DNA of 64,000 bases from Eledone cirrhosa (GCA_964016885.1 OZ024743.1:117490001-117554000), one strand, 5' to 3'. Positions 35,632-48,285 are shown, counted from the first letter of the stretch. The notes: generated by a model from the letters alone, not told the origin. Made by a program: numbers and translations.

Positions 35632-35704
35632 ATCCGGCTAGCTCAGTTGGTAGAGCAGGAGACACTTAATCTCAGAGTCCAGGATTCGTGTCCAACGTTG
35701 GGTG
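35632..35704 (+). pseudogene. tRNA-Lys-CTT: pseudo-tRNA-Lys(CTT), unit 29
   Basis: As unit 26. Confidence 0.85.
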
Positions 35705-36099
35705 AAAATGGTATTGTTTCCATGATATGTTTTATAAAATTGACATTAATATTAATATTACGAAATAATTATATGGTACATTCATGTATCATGATCAATT
35801 GATATTCACCCTAAATGTCTAATAGCAAAGCGAAATTTTCAGTGAGTTTTCAAAGCATTCTTATATATTTATGAAATTATTTTGCTATAGGTATGATATG
35901 AATTTACTAATATTAATTTTAGTATATAGAACATGCAACAGGAATAACCAAGTTCAATTCAAATATTTATGTTTTACATATAAATTACTCGTTTCTAAAT
36001 CATAAATGATTATATTTCTCGAAGTATTTGTTTAATATAAATATATTGTGGCGATACTGATGTAATTATGACGTCAAATAGAGAGTCACTAGCTGTACA

Positions 36100-36172
36100 G
36101 CCGAAATAGCTCAGTTGGGAGAGCGTTAGACTGAAGATCTAAAGGTCCCCTGTTCAATCCCGGGTTTCGGCA
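36100..36172 (+). tRNA. tRNA-Phe-GAA: tRNA-Phe(GAA), unit 29
   Basis: As unit 1. Confidence 0.9.
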
Positions 36173-36478
36173 TGCAGACTTATTATTTTCTCAAATATTT
36201 CTAATGATTTTGATAGAGAACTATATATGATTTAAATAACAAATAATCGAATGGTTCCTTTGTCAGTCATCAAAAAGTCACTTTTATTTTAGTAGACACC
36301 AAATAATACCAACTATCAGCAAAACGTCATACAGTTCGGGTGTGTTTTTGAACATTTAGTTCCGATTCAATAAAAGAGGAATATTAGACGACAATATCAG
36401 CTATTCAGTTTATCAATTCAAATAATGTGTTGAACATTCTAAACGAAACCGTCTATATATGAATGTATAGTAAGAGCT

Positions 36479-36484
36479 GTCTCT

Positions 36485-36518
<34 letters not shown>

Positions 36519-36552
36519 TGAAAGGTTGGTGGTTCAAGTCCACCCAGGGACG
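36479..36552 (+). tRNA. tRNA-Asn-GTT: tRNA-Asn(GTT), unit 30
   Basis: As unit 1. Confidence 0.93.
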
Positions 36553-36888
36553 TAATAGTCTACTTTTGCTTTAGAAACATTACTAAAAAATATGTATATT
36601 TAGGTTTACAGCTTGCATTCAGAATTATTTGTAACACTTATACATGTTTCAATATATTAGCCTGATAAAGTTTAATTTTGCTTTACGTTACCTAAACCAT
36701 TTCATCTCTACTGGATTGTATTTCACCAAAAATCTTCATATTTCTATCTTAAACGAACACTGATCATCATCTGATGGAACATATAAAGTGTATGTTATAA
36801 AAAAAATTCAAATGTTTTAACAATCTAAAGTAGATTATATTTGTTTGTTTAAGTCCTTTCGTAAATATACATTCAGCACGCACCATTG

Positions 36889-36961
36889 ATCCGGCTAGCT
36901 CAGTCGGTAGAGCAGGAGACACTTAATCTCAGAGTCCAGTGTTCGTGTCCAACGTTGGGTG
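36889..36961 (+). pseudogene. tRNA-Lys-CTT: pseudo-tRNA-Lys(CTT), unit 30
   Basis: As unit 27. Confidence 0.85.
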
Positions 36962-37356
36962 AAAATGGTATTGTTTCCATGATAAGTTTTATAAAATTGA
37001 CATTAATATTAATATTACGAAATAATTATATGGTACATTCATGTATCATGATCAATTGATATTCACCCTAAATATCTAATTGCAAAGCGAAATTTTCAGT
37101 GAGTTTTCAAAGCATTCTTATATATTTATGAAATTATTTTGCTATAGGTATGATATGAATTTACTAATATTAATTTTAGTATATAGAACTTGCAACAGGA
37201 ATAAGCAAGTTCAATTCAAATATTTATGTTTTACATAAAAATTACTCGTTTCTAAATCATAAATGATTATATTTCTCGAAGTATTTGTTTAATATAAATA
37301 TATTGTGGCGATACTGATGTAATTATGACGTCAAATAGAGAGTGACTAGCTGTACA

Positions 37357-37429
37357 GCCGAAATTGCTCAGTTGGGAGAGCGTTAGACTGAAGATCTAAT
37401 GGTCCCCTGTTCAATCCCGGGTTTCGGCA
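37357..37429 (+). tRNA. tRNA-Phe-GAA: tRNA-Phe(GAA), unit 30 (A9T, A44T)
   Basis: As unit 9. Confidence 0.8.
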
Positions 37430-37735
37430 TGCAGACTTATTATTTTCTCAAATATTTCTAATGATTTTGATAGAGAACTATATATGATTTAAATAACAAT
37501 TAATCGAATGGTTCCTTTGTCAGTCATCAAAAAGTCACTTTTATTTTAGTAGACACCAAATAATACCAACTATCAGCAAAACGTCATATAGTTCAGGTGT
37601 GTTTTTGAACATTTAGTTCCGATTCAATCAAAGAGGAATATTAGACGACAATATCAGGTATTCAGTTTATCAATTCAAATAATGTGTTGAACATTCTAAA
37701 CGAAACCGTCTATATATGAACGTATAGTAAGAGCT

Positions 37736-37741
37736 GTCTCT

Positions 37742-37775
<34 letters not shown>

Positions 37776-37809
37776 TGAAAGGTTGGTGGTTCAAGTCTAC
37801 CCAGGGACG
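37736..37809 (+). tRNA. tRNA-Asn-GTT: tRNA-Asn(GTT), unit 31 (C62T)
   Basis: As unit 24. Confidence 0.87.
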
Positions 37810-38147
37810 TAGTAGTCTACTTTTGCTTTAGAAACATTACTAAAAAATCTGTATATTTAGGTTTACAGCTTGCATTTAGAATTATTTGTAACACTAATAC
37901 ATGTTTCAATATATTAGCCTGATAAAGATTAATTTTGCTTTACGTTACCTAAACCATTTCATCTCTACTGGATTGTATTTCACCAAAAATCTTCATATTT
38001 CTATCTTAAACGAACACTGATCATCATCTGATGGAACATATAAAGTGTATGTTATAAAAAAAATTCAAATGTTTTAACAATCTAAGGTAGATTATATTTA
38101 TGTTTGTTTAAGTTCTTTCGTAAATATACATTCAGCACGCACCATTG

Positions 38148-38220
38148 ATCCGGCTAGATCAGTCGTTAGAGCAAGAGACACTTAATCTCAGAGTCCAGGG
38201 TTCGTGTCCAACGTTGGGTG
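38148..38220 (+). pseudogene. tRNA-Lys-CTT: pseudo-tRNA-Lys(CTT), unit 31
   Basis: As unit 24 plus G19T and G27A. Confidence 0.85.
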
Positions 38221-38615
38221 AAAATGGTATTGTTTCCATGATATGTTTTATAAAATTGACATTAATATTAATATTACGAAATAATTATATGGTACATTCA
38301 TGTATCATGATCAATTGATATTCACCCTAAATATCTAATAGCAAAGCGAAATTTTCAGTGAGTTTTCAAAGCATTCTTATATATTTATGAAATTATTTTG
38401 CTATAGGTATGATATGAATTTACTAATATTAATTTTAGTATATAGAACATGCAACAGGAATAAGCAAGTTCAATTAAAATATTTATGTTTTACATATAAA
38501 TTACTCGTTTCTAAATCATAAATGATTATATTTCTCGAAGTATTTGTTTAATATAAATATATTGTGGCGATACTGATGTAATTATGACGTCAAATAGAGA
38601 GTCACTAGCTGTACA

Positions 38616-38688
38616 GCCGAAATAGCTCAGTTGGGAGAGCGTTAGACTGAAGATCTAAAGGTCCCCTGTTCAATCCCGGGTTTCGGCA
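38616..38688 (+). tRNA. tRNA-Phe-GAA: tRNA-Phe(GAA), unit 31
   Basis: As unit 1. Confidence 0.9.
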
Positions 38689-38994
38689 TGCAGACTTATT
38701 ATTTTCTCAAATATTTCTAATGATTTTGATAGAGAACTATATATGATTTAAATAACAAATAATCGAATGGTTCCTTTGTCAGTCATCAAAAAGTCACTTT
38801 TATTTTAGTAGACACCAAATAATACCAACTATCAGCAAAACGTCATACAGTTCGGGTGTGTTTTTGAACATTTAGTACCGATTCAATAAAAGAGGAATAT
38901 TAGACGACAATATCAGCTATTCAGTTTATCAATTCAAATAATGTGTTGAACATTCTAAACGAAACCGTCTATATATGAATGTATAGTAAGAGCT

Positions 38995-39000
38995 GTCTCT

Positions 39001-39034
<34 letters not shown>

Positions 39035-39068
39035 TGAAAGGTTGGTGGTTCAAGTCCACCCAGGGACG
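38995..39068 (+). tRNA. tRNA-Asn-GTT: tRNA-Asn(GTT), unit 32
   Basis: As unit 1; terminator reduced to ATTT. Confidence 0.92.
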
Positions 39069-39404
39069 TAATAGTCTACATTTGCTTTAGAAACATTACT
39101 AAAAAATCTGTATATTTAGGTTTACAGCTTGCATTCAGAATTATTTGTAACACTTATACATGTTTCAATATATTAGCCTGATAAAGATTAATTTTGCTTT
39201 ACGTTACCTAAACCATTTCATTTCTACTGGATTGTATTTCACCAAAAATCTTCATATTTCTATCTTAAACGAACACTGATCATCATCTGATGGAACATAT
39301 AAAGTGTATGTTATAAAAAAAATTCAAATGTTTTAACAATCTAAAGTAGATTATATTTGTTTGTTTAAGTCCTTTCGTAAATATACATTCAGCACGCACC
39401 ATTG

Positions 39405-39477
39405 ATCCGGCTAGCTCAGTCGGTAGAGCAGGAGACACTTAATCTCAGAGTCCAGTGTTCGTGTCCAACGTTGGGTG
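39405..39477 (+). pseudogene. tRNA-Lys-CTT: pseudo-tRNA-Lys(CTT), unit 32
   Basis: As unit 27. Confidence 0.85.
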
Positions 39478-39872
39478 AAAATGGTATTGTTTCCATGATA
39501 AGTTTTATAAAATTGACATTAATATTAATATTACGAAATAATTATATGGTACATTCATGTATCATGATCAATTGATATTCACCCTAAACATCTAATTGCA
39601 AAGCGAAATTTTCAGTGAGTTTTCAAAGCATTCTTATATATTTATGAAATTATTTTGCTATAGGTATGATATGAATTTACTAATATTAATTTTAGTATAT
39701 AGAACTTGCAACAGGAATAAGCAAGTTCAATTCAAATATTTATGTTTTACATAAAAATTACTCGTTTCTAAATCATAAATGATTATATTTCTCGAAGTAT
39801 TTGTTTAATATAAATATATTGTGGCGATACTGATGTAATTATGACGTCAAATAGAGAGTCACTAGCTGTACA

Positions 39873-39945
39873 GCCGAAATAGCTCAGTTGGGAGAGCGTT
39901 AGACTGAAGATCTAAAGGTCCCCTGTTCAATCCCGGGTTTCGGCA
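39873..39945 (+). tRNA. tRNA-Phe-GAA: tRNA-Phe(GAA), unit 32
   Basis: As unit 1. Confidence 0.9.
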
Positions 39946-40251
39946 TGCAGACTTATTATTTTCTCAAGTATTTCTAATGATTTTGATAGAGAACTATTTA
40001 TGATTTAAATAACAATTAATCGAATGGTTCCTTTGTCAGTCATCAAAAAGTCACTTTTATTTTAGTAGACACCAAATAATACCAACTATCAGCAACACGT
40101 CATATAGTTCAGGTGTGTTTTTGAACATTTAGTTCCGATTCAATAAAACAGGAATATTAGACGACAATATCAGCTATTCAGTTTATCAATTCAAATAATG
40201 TGTTGAACATTCTAAACGAAACCGTCTATATATGAATGTATAGTAAGAGCT

Positions 40252-40257
40252 GTCTCT

Positions 40258-40291
<34 letters not shown>

Positions 40292-40325
40292 TGAAAGGTT
40301 GGTGGTTCAAGTCCACCCAGGGACG
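40252..40325 (+). tRNA. tRNA-Asn-GTT: tRNA-Asn(GTT), unit 33
   Basis: As unit 1. Confidence 0.93.
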
Positions 40326-40661
40326 TAATAGTCTACTTTTGCTTTAGAAACATTACTAAAAAATCTGTATATTTAGGTTTACAGCTTGCATTCAGAATTA
40401 TTTGTAACACTAATACATGTTTCAATATATTAGCCTGATAAAGATTAATTTTGCTTTACGTTACCTAAACCATTTCATCTCTACTGGATTGTATTTCACC
40501 AAAAATCTTCATATTTCTATCTTAAACGAACACTGATCATCATCTGATGGAACATATAAAGTGTATGTTATAAAAAAAATTCAAATGTTTTAACAATCTA
40601 AAGTAGATTATATTTGTTTGTTTAAGTCCTTTCGTAAATATACATTCAGCACGCACCATTG

Positions 40662-40734
40662 ATCCGGCTAGCTCAGTCGGTAGAGTAGGAGACACTTAAT
40701 CTCAGAGTCCAGGGTTCGTGTCCAACGTTGGGTG
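40662..40734 (+). pseudogene. tRNA-Lys-CTT: pseudo-tRNA-Lys(CTT), unit 33
   Basis: As unit 1 plus C25T. Confidence 0.85.
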
Positions 40735-41129
40735 AAAATGGTATTGTTTCCATGATAAGTTTTATAAAATTGACATTAATATTAATATTACGAAATAATT
40801 ATATGGTACATTCATGTATCATGATCAATTGATATTCACCCTAAACATCTAATTGCAAAGCGAAATTTTCAGTGAGTTTTCAAAGCATTCTTATATATTT
40901 ATGAAATTATTTTGCTATAGGTATGATATGAATTTACTAATATTAATTTTAGTATATAGAACATGCAACAGGAATAAGCAAGTTCAATTCAAATATTTAT
41001 GTTTTACATAAAAATTACTCGTTTCTAAATCATAAATGATTATATTTCTCGAAGTATTTGTTTAATATAAATATATTGTGGCGATACTGATGTAATTATG
41101 ACGTCAATTAGAGAGTCACTAGCTGTACA

Positions 41130-41202
41130 GCCGAAATAGCTCAGTTGGGAGAGCGTTAGACTGAAGATCTAAAGGTCCCCTGTTCAATCCCGGGTTTCGG
41201 CA
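41130..41202 (+). tRNA. tRNA-Phe-GAA: tRNA-Phe(GAA), unit 33
   Basis: As unit 1. Confidence 0.9.
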
Positions 41203-41508
41203 TGCAGACTTATTATTTTCTCAAGTATTTCTAATGATTTTGATAGAGAACTATTTATGATTTAAATAACAATTAATCGAATGGTTCCTTTGTCAGTCAT
41301 CAAAAAGTCACTTTTATTTTAGTAGACACCAAATAATACCAACTATCAGCAACACGTCATATAGTTCAGGTGTGTTTTTGAACATTTAGTTCCGATTCAA
41401 TAAAACAGGAATATTAGACGACAATATCAGCTATTCAGTTTATCAATTCAAATAATGTGTTGAACATTCTAAACGAAACCGTCTATATATGAATGTATAG
41501 TAAGAGCT

Positions 41509-41582
41509 GTCTCTGTGGCGCAATCGGTTAACGCGTTCGGCTGTTAACTGAAAGGTTGGTGGTTCAAGTCCACCCAGGGACG
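41509..41582 (+). tRNA. tRNA-Asn-GTT: tRNA-Asn(GTT), unit 34 (G22A)
   Basis: As unit 26. Confidence 0.85.
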
Positions 41583-41918
41583 TAGTAGTCTAGTTTTGCT
41601 TTAGAAACATTACTAAAAAATCTGTATATTTAGGTTTACAGCTTACATTTAGAATTATTTGTAACACTAATACATGTTTCAATATATTAGCCTGATAAAG
41701 ATTAATTTTGCTTTACGTTACCTAAACCATTTCATCTCTACTGGATTGTATTTCACCAAAAATCTTCATATTTCTATCTTAAACGAACACTGATCATCAT
41801 CTGATGGAACATATAAAGTGTATGTTATAAAAAAAATTCAAATGTTTTAACAATCTAAAGTAGATTATATTTGTTTGTTTAAGTCCTTTCGTAAATATAC
41901 ATTCAGCACGCACCATTG

Positions 41919-41991
41919 ATCCGGCTAGCTCAGTCGGTAGAGCAGGAGACACTTAATCTCAGAGTCCAGGGTTCGTGTCCAACGTTGGGTG
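41919..41991 (+). pseudogene. tRNA-Lys-CTT: pseudo-tRNA-Lys(CTT), unit 34
   Basis: As unit 1. Confidence 0.85.
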
Positions 41992-42386
41992 AAAATGGTA
42001 TTGTTTCCATGATAAGTTTTATAAAATTGACATTAATATTAATATTACGAAATAATTATATGGTACATTCATGTATCATGATCAATTGATATTCACCCTA
42101 AACATCTAATTGCAAAGCGAAATTTTCAGTGAGTTTTCAAAGCATTCTTATATATTTATGAAATTATTTTGCTATAGGTATGATATGAATTTACTAATAT
42201 TAATTTTAGTATATAGAACATGCAACAGGAATAAGCAAGTTCAATTCAAATATTTATGTTTTACATATAAATTACTCGTTTCTAAATCATAAATGATTAT
42301 ATTTCTCGAAGTATTTGTTTAATATAAATATATTGTGGCGATACTGATGTAATTATGACGTCAAATAGAGAGTCACTAGATGTACA

Positions 42387-42459
42387 GCCGAAATAGCTCA
42401 GTTGGGAGAGCGTTAGACTGAAGATCTAAAGGTCCCCTGTTCAATCCCGGGTTTCGGCA
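42387..42459 (+). tRNA. tRNA-Phe-GAA: tRNA-Phe(GAA), unit 34
   Basis: As unit 1. Confidence 0.9.
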
Positions 42460-42765
42460 TGCAGACTTATTATTTTCTCAAATATTTCTAATGATTTTGA
42501 TAGAGAACTATATATGATTTAAATAACAAATAATCGAATGGTTCCTTTGTCAGTCATCAAAAAGTCACTTTTATTTTAGTAGACACCAAATAATACCAAC
42601 TATCAGCAAAACGTCATATAGTTCGGGTGTGATTTTGAACATTTAGTTCCGATTCAATAAAAGAGGAATATTAGACGACAATATCAGCTATTCAGTTTAT
42701 CAATTCAAATAATGTGTTGAACATTCTAAACGAAACCGTCTATATATGAACGTATAGTAAGAGCT

Positions 42766-42771
42766 GTCTCT

Positions 42772-42805
<34 letters not shown>

Positions 42806-42839
42806 TGAAAGGTTGGTGGTTCAAGTCCACCTAGGGACG
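42766..42839 (+). tRNA. tRNA-Asn-GTT: tRNA-Asn(GTT), unit 35 (C66T)
   Basis: As unit 1, G7:T66 wobble. Confidence 0.87.
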
Positions 42840-43177
42840 TAATAGTCTACTTTTGCTTTAGAAACATTACTAAAAAATCTGTATATTTTGGTTTACAGCT
42901 TGCATTTAGAATTATTTGTAACACTAATACATGTTTCAATATATTAGCCTGATAAAGATTAATTTTGCTTTACGTTACCTAAACCATTTCATCTCTACTG
43001 GATTGTATTTCACCAAAAATCTTCATATTTCTATCTTAAACGAACACTGATCATCATCTGATGGAACATATAAAGTGTATGTTATAAAAAAAATTCAAAT
43101 GTTTTAACAATCTAAAGTAGATTATATTTATGTTTGTTTAAGTTCTTTCGTAAATATACATTCAGCACGCACCATTG

Positions 43178-43250
43178 ATCTGGCTAGCTCAGTCGGTAGA
43201 GCAGGAGACACTTAATCTCAGAGTCCAGAGTTCGTGTCCAACGTTGGGTG
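43178..43250 (+). pseudogene. tRNA-Lys-CTT: pseudo-tRNA-Lys(CTT), unit 35
   Basis: As unit 1 plus C4T, G52A. Confidence 0.85.
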
Positions 43251-43645
43251 AAAATGGTATTGTTTCCATGATATGTTTTATAAAATTGACATTAATATTA
43301 ATATTACGAAATAATTATATGGTACATTCATGTATCATGATCAATTGATATTCACCCTAAATATCTAATTGCAAAGCGAAATTTTCAGTGAGTTTTCAAA
43401 GCATTCTTATATATTTATGAAATTATTTTGCTATAGGTATGATATGAATTTACTAATATTAATTTTAGTATATAGAACATGCAACAGGAATAAGCAAGTT
43501 CAATTCAAATATTTATGTTTTACATATAAATTACTCGTTTCTAAATCATAAATGATTATATTTCTCGAAGTATTTGTTTAATATAAATATATTGTGGCGA
43601 TACTGATGTAATTATGACGTCAAATAGAGAGTCACTAGCTGTACA

Positions 43646-43718
43646 GCCGAAATAGCTCAGTTGGGAGAGCGTTAGACTGAAGATCTAAAGGTCCCCTGTT
43701 CAATCCCGGTTTTCGGCA
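43646..43718 (+). tRNA. tRNA-Phe-GAA: tRNA-Phe(GAA), unit 35 (G65T; second T-stem mismatch, creates internal T4)
   Basis: CCCGGTTTTCGGC. Confidence 0.7.
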
Positions 43719-44024
43719 TGCAGACTTATTATTTTCTCAAATATTTCTAATGATTTTGATAGAGAACTATATATGATTTAAATAACAAATAATCGAATGG
43801 TTCCTTTGTCAGTCATCAAAAAGTCACTTTTATTTTAGTAGACACCAAATAATACCAACTATCAGCAAAACGTCATACAGTTCGGGTGTGTTTTTGAACA
43901 TTTAGTTCCGATTCAATAAAAGAGGAATATTAGACGACAATATCAGCTATTCAGTTTATCAATTCAAATAATGTGTTGAACATTCTAAACGAAACCGTCT
44001 ATATATGAATGTATAGTAAGAGCT

Positions 44025-44030
44025 GTCTCT

Positions 44031-44064
<34 letters not shown>

Positions 44065-44098
44065 TGAAAGGTTGGTGGTTCAAGTCCACCCAGGGACG
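44025..44098 (+). tRNA. tRNA-Asn-GTT: tRNA-Asn(GTT), unit 36
   Basis: As unit 1. Confidence 0.93.
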
Positions 44099-44436
44099 TA
44101 ATAGTCTACTTTTGCTTTAGAAACATTACCAAAAAATCTGTATATTTAGGTTTACAGCTTGCATTCAGAATTATTTGTAACACTTATACATGTTTCAATA
44201 TATTAGCCTGATAAAGATTAATTTTGCTTTACGTTACCTAAACCATTTCATCTCTACTGGATTGTATTTCACCAAAAGTCTTCATATTTCTATCTTAAAC
44301 GAACACTGATCATCATCTGATGGAACATATAAAGTGTATGTTATAAAAAAAATTCAAAAGTTTTAACAATCTAAAGTAGATTATATTTATGTTTGTTTAA
44401 GTCCTTTCATAAATATACATTCAGCACGCACCATTG

Positions 44437-44509
44437 ATCTGGCTAGCTCAGTCGGTAGAGCAGGAGACACTTAATCTCAGAGTCCAGGGTTCGTGTCCAA
44501 CGTTGGGTG
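44437..44509 (+). pseudogene. tRNA-Lys-CTT: pseudo-tRNA-Lys(CTT), unit 36
   Basis: As unit 1 plus C4T. Confidence 0.85.
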
Positions 44510-44903
44510 AAAATGGTATTGTTTCCATGATATGTTTTATAAAATTGAAATTAATATTAATATTACGAAATAATTATATGGTACATTCATGTATCATGAT
44601 CAATTGATATTCACCCTAAATGTCTAATAGCAAAGCGAAATTATCAGTGAGTTTTCAAAGCATTCTTATATATTTATGAAATTATTTTGCTATAGGTATG
44701 ATATGAATTTACTAATATTAATTTTAGTATATAGAACTTGCAACAGGAATAAGCAAGTTCAATTCAAATATTTATGTTTTACATAAAAATTACTCGTTTC
44801 TAAATCATAAATGATTATATTTCTCGAAGTATTTGTTTAATACAAATATATTGTGGCGATACTGATGTAATTATGACGTCAAATAGAGAGTACCTAGCTG
44901 TAC

Positions 44904-44976
44904 GCCGAAATAGCTCAGTTGGGAGAGCGTTAGACTGAAGATCTAAAGGTCCCCTGTTCAATCCCGGGTTTCGGCA
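44904..44976 (+). tRNA. tRNA-Phe-GAA: tRNA-Phe(GAA), unit 36
   Basis: As unit 1. Confidence 0.9.
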
Positions 44977-45282
44977 TGCAGACTTATTATTTTCTCAAAT
45001 ATTTCTAATGATTTTGATAGAGAACTATATATGATTTAAATAACAATTAATCGAATGGTCCATTTGTCAGTCATCAAAAAGTCACTTTTATTTTAGTAGA
45101 CACCAAATAATACCAACTATCAGCAAAACGTCATATAGTTCAGGTGTGTTTTTGAACATTTAGTTCCGATTCAATAAAAGAGGAATATTAGACGACAATA
45201 TCAGCTATTCAGTTTATCAATTCAAATAATGTGTTGAACATTCTAAACGAAACCGTCTATATTGGAATGTATAGTAAGAGCT

Positions 45283-45288
45283 GTCTCT

Positions 45289-45322
<34 letters not shown>

Positions 45323-45356
45323 TGAAAGGTTGGTGGTGCAAGTCCACCCAGGGACG
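45283..45356 (+). tRNA. tRNA-Asn-GTT: tRNA-Asn(GTT), unit 37 (T55G; probable pseudogene)
   Basis: B box GGTGCAAG instead of GGTTCAAG. Confidence 0.65.
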
Positions 45357-45694
45357 TAATAGTCTACTTTTGCTTTAGAAACATTACTAAAATATCTGTA
45401 TATTTAGGTTTACAGCTTGCATTTAGAATTATTTGTAACACTAATACATGTTTCAACATATTACCCTGATAAAGATTAATTTTGCTTTACGTTACCTAAA
45501 CCATTTCATCTCTACTGGATTGTATTTCACCAAAAATCTTCATATTTCTATCTTAAACGAACACTGATCATCATCTCATGGAACATATAAAGTGTATGTT
45601 ATAAAAAAAATTCAAATGTTTTAACAATCTAAAGTAGATTATATTTATGTTTGTTTAAGTTCTTTCGTAAATATACATTCAGCACGCACCATTG

Positions 45695-45767
45695 ATCTGG
45701 CTAGCTCAGTCGGTAGAGCAGGAGACACTTAATCTCAGAGTCCAGAGTTCGTGTCCAACGTTGGGTG
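45695..45767 (+). pseudogene. tRNA-Lys-CTT: pseudo-tRNA-Lys(CTT), unit 37
   Basis: As unit 35. Confidence 0.85.
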
Positions 45768-46162
45768 AAAATGGTATTGTTTCCATGATAAGTTTTATAA
45801 AATTGACATTAATATTAATATTACGAAATAATTATATGGTACATTCATGTATCATGATCAATTGATATTCACCCTAAACATCTAATTGCAAAGCGAAATT
45901 TTCAGTGAGTTTTCAAAGCATTCTTATATATTTATGAAATTATTTTGCTATAGGTATGATATGAATTTACTAATATTAATTTTAGTATATAGAACATGCA
46001 ACAGGAATAAGCAAGTTCAATTCAAATATTTATGTTTTACATAAAAATTACTCGTTTCTAAATCATAAATGATTATATTTCTCGAAGTATTTGTTTAATA
46101 TAAATATATTGTGGCGATACTGATGTAATTATGACGTCAATTAGAGAGTCACTAGCTGTACA

Positions 46163-46235
46163 GCCGAAATAGCTCAGTTGGGAGAGCGTTAGACTGAAGA
46201 TCTAAAGGTCCCCTGTTCAATCCCGGGTTTCGGCA
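46163..46235 (+). tRNA. tRNA-Phe-GAA: tRNA-Phe(GAA), unit 37
   Basis: As unit 1. Confidence 0.9.
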
Positions 46236-46541
46236 TGCAGACTTATTATTTTCTCAAGTATTTCTAATGATTTTGATAGAGAACTATTTATGATTTAAAT
46301 AACAATTAATCGAATGGTTCCTTTGTCAGTCATCAAAAAGTCACTTTTATTTTAGTAGACACCAAATAATACCAACTATCAGCAACACGTCATATAGTTC
46401 AGGTGTGTTTTTGAACATTTAGTTCCGATTCAATAAAACAGGAATATTAGACGACAATATCAGCTATTCAGTTTATCAATTCAAATAATGTGTTGAACAT
46501 TCTAAACGAAACCGTCTATATATGAATGTATAGTAAGAGCT

Positions 46542-46615
46542 GTCTCTGTGGCGCAATCGGTTAACGCGTTCGGCTGTTAACTGAAAGGTTGGTGGTTCAA
46601 GTCCACCCAGGGACG
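46542..46615 (+). tRNA. tRNA-Asn-GTT: tRNA-Asn(GTT), unit 38 (G22A)
   Basis: As unit 34. Confidence 0.85.
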
Positions 46616-46953
46616 TAGTAGTCTAGTTTTGCTTTAGAAACATTACTAAAAAATCTGTATATTTAGGTTTACAGCTTACATTTAGAATTATTTGTAACAC
46701 TAATACATGTTTCAATATATTAGCCTGATAAAGATTAATTTTGCTTTACGTTACCTAAACCATTTCATCTCTACTGGATTGTATTTCACCAAAAATCTTC
46801 ATATTTCTATCTTAAACGAACACTGATCATCATCTGATGGAACATATAAAGTGTATGTTATAAAAAAAATTCAAATGTTTTAACAATCTAAAGTAGATTA
46901 TATTTATGTTTGTTTAAGTTCTTTCGTAAATATACATTCAGCACGCACCATTG

Positions 46954-47026
46954 ATCTGGCTAGCTCAGTCGGTAGAGCAGGAGACACTTAATCTCAGAGT
47001 CCAGAGTTCGTGTCCAACGTTGGGTG
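46954..47026 (+). pseudogene. tRNA-Lys-CTT: pseudo-tRNA-Lys(CTT), unit 38
   Basis: As unit 35. Confidence 0.85.
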
Positions 47027-47421
47027 AAAATGGTATTGTTTCCATGATATGTTTTATAAAATTGACATTAATATTAATATTACGAAATAATTATATGGTA
47101 CATTCATGTATCATGATCAATTGATATTCACCCTAAATATCTAATTGCAAAGCGAAATTTTCAGTGAGTTTTCAAAGCATTCTTATATATTTATGAAATT
47201 ATTTTGCTATAGGTATGATATGAATTTACTAATATTAATTTTAGTATATAGAACATGCAACAGGAATAAGCAAGTTCAATTCAAATATTTATGTTTTACA
47301 TATAAATTACTCGTTTCTAAATCATAAATGATTATATTTCTCGAAGTATTTGTTTAATATAAATATATTGTGGCGATACTGATGTAATTATGACGTCAAA
47401 TAGAGAGTCACTAGCTGTACA

Positions 47422-47494
47422 GCCGAAATAGCTCAGTTGGGAGAGCGTTAGACTGAAGATCTAAAGGTCCCCTGTTCAATCCCGGTTTTCGGCA
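47422..47494 (+). tRNA. tRNA-Phe-GAA: tRNA-Phe(GAA), unit 38 (G65T)
   Basis: As unit 35. Confidence 0.7.
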
Positions 47495-47800
47495 TGCAGA
47501 CTTATTATTTTCTCAAATATTTCTAATGATTTTGATAGAGAACTATATATGATTTAAATAACAAATAATCGAATGGTTCCTTTGTCAGTCATCAAAAAGT
47601 CACTTTTATTTTAGTAGACACCAAATAATACCAACTATCAGCAAAACGTCATACAGTTCGGGTGTGTTTTTGAACATTTAGTTCCGATTCAATAAAAGAG
47701 GAATATTAGACGACAATATCAGCTATTCAGTTTATCAATTCAAATAATGTGTTGAACATTCTAAACGAAACCGTCTATATATGAATGTATAGTAAGAGCT

Positions 47801-47806
47801 GTCTCT

Positions 47807-47840
<34 letters not shown>

Positions 47841-47874
47841 TGAAAGGTTGGTGGTTCAAGTCCACCCAGGGACG
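47801..47874 (+). tRNA. tRNA-Asn-GTT: tRNA-Asn(GTT), unit 39
   Basis: As unit 1. Confidence 0.93.
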
Positions 47875-48212
47875 TAATAGTCTACTTTTGCTTTAGAAAC
47901 ATTACCAAAAAATCTGTATATTTAGGTTTACAGCTTGCATTCAGAATTATTTGTAACACTTATACATGTTTCAATATATTAGCCTGATAAAGATTAATTT
48001 TGCTTTACGTTACCTAAACCATTTCATCTCTACTGGATTGTATTTCACCAAAAGTCTTCATATTTCTATCTTAAACGAACACTGATCATCATCTGATGGA
48101 ACATATAAAGTGTATGTTATAAAAAAAATTCAAAAGTTTTAACAATCTAAAGTAGATTATATTTATGTTTGTTTAAGTCCTTTCATAAATATACATTCAG
48201 CACGCACCATTG

Positions 48213-48285
48213 ATCTGGCTAGCTCAGTCGGTAGAGCAGGAGACACTTAATCTCAGAGTCCAGGGTTCGTGTCCAACGTTGGGTG
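48213..48285 (+). pseudogene. tRNA-Lys-CTT: pseudo-tRNA-Lys(CTT), unit 39
   Basis: As unit 36. Confidence 0.85.
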
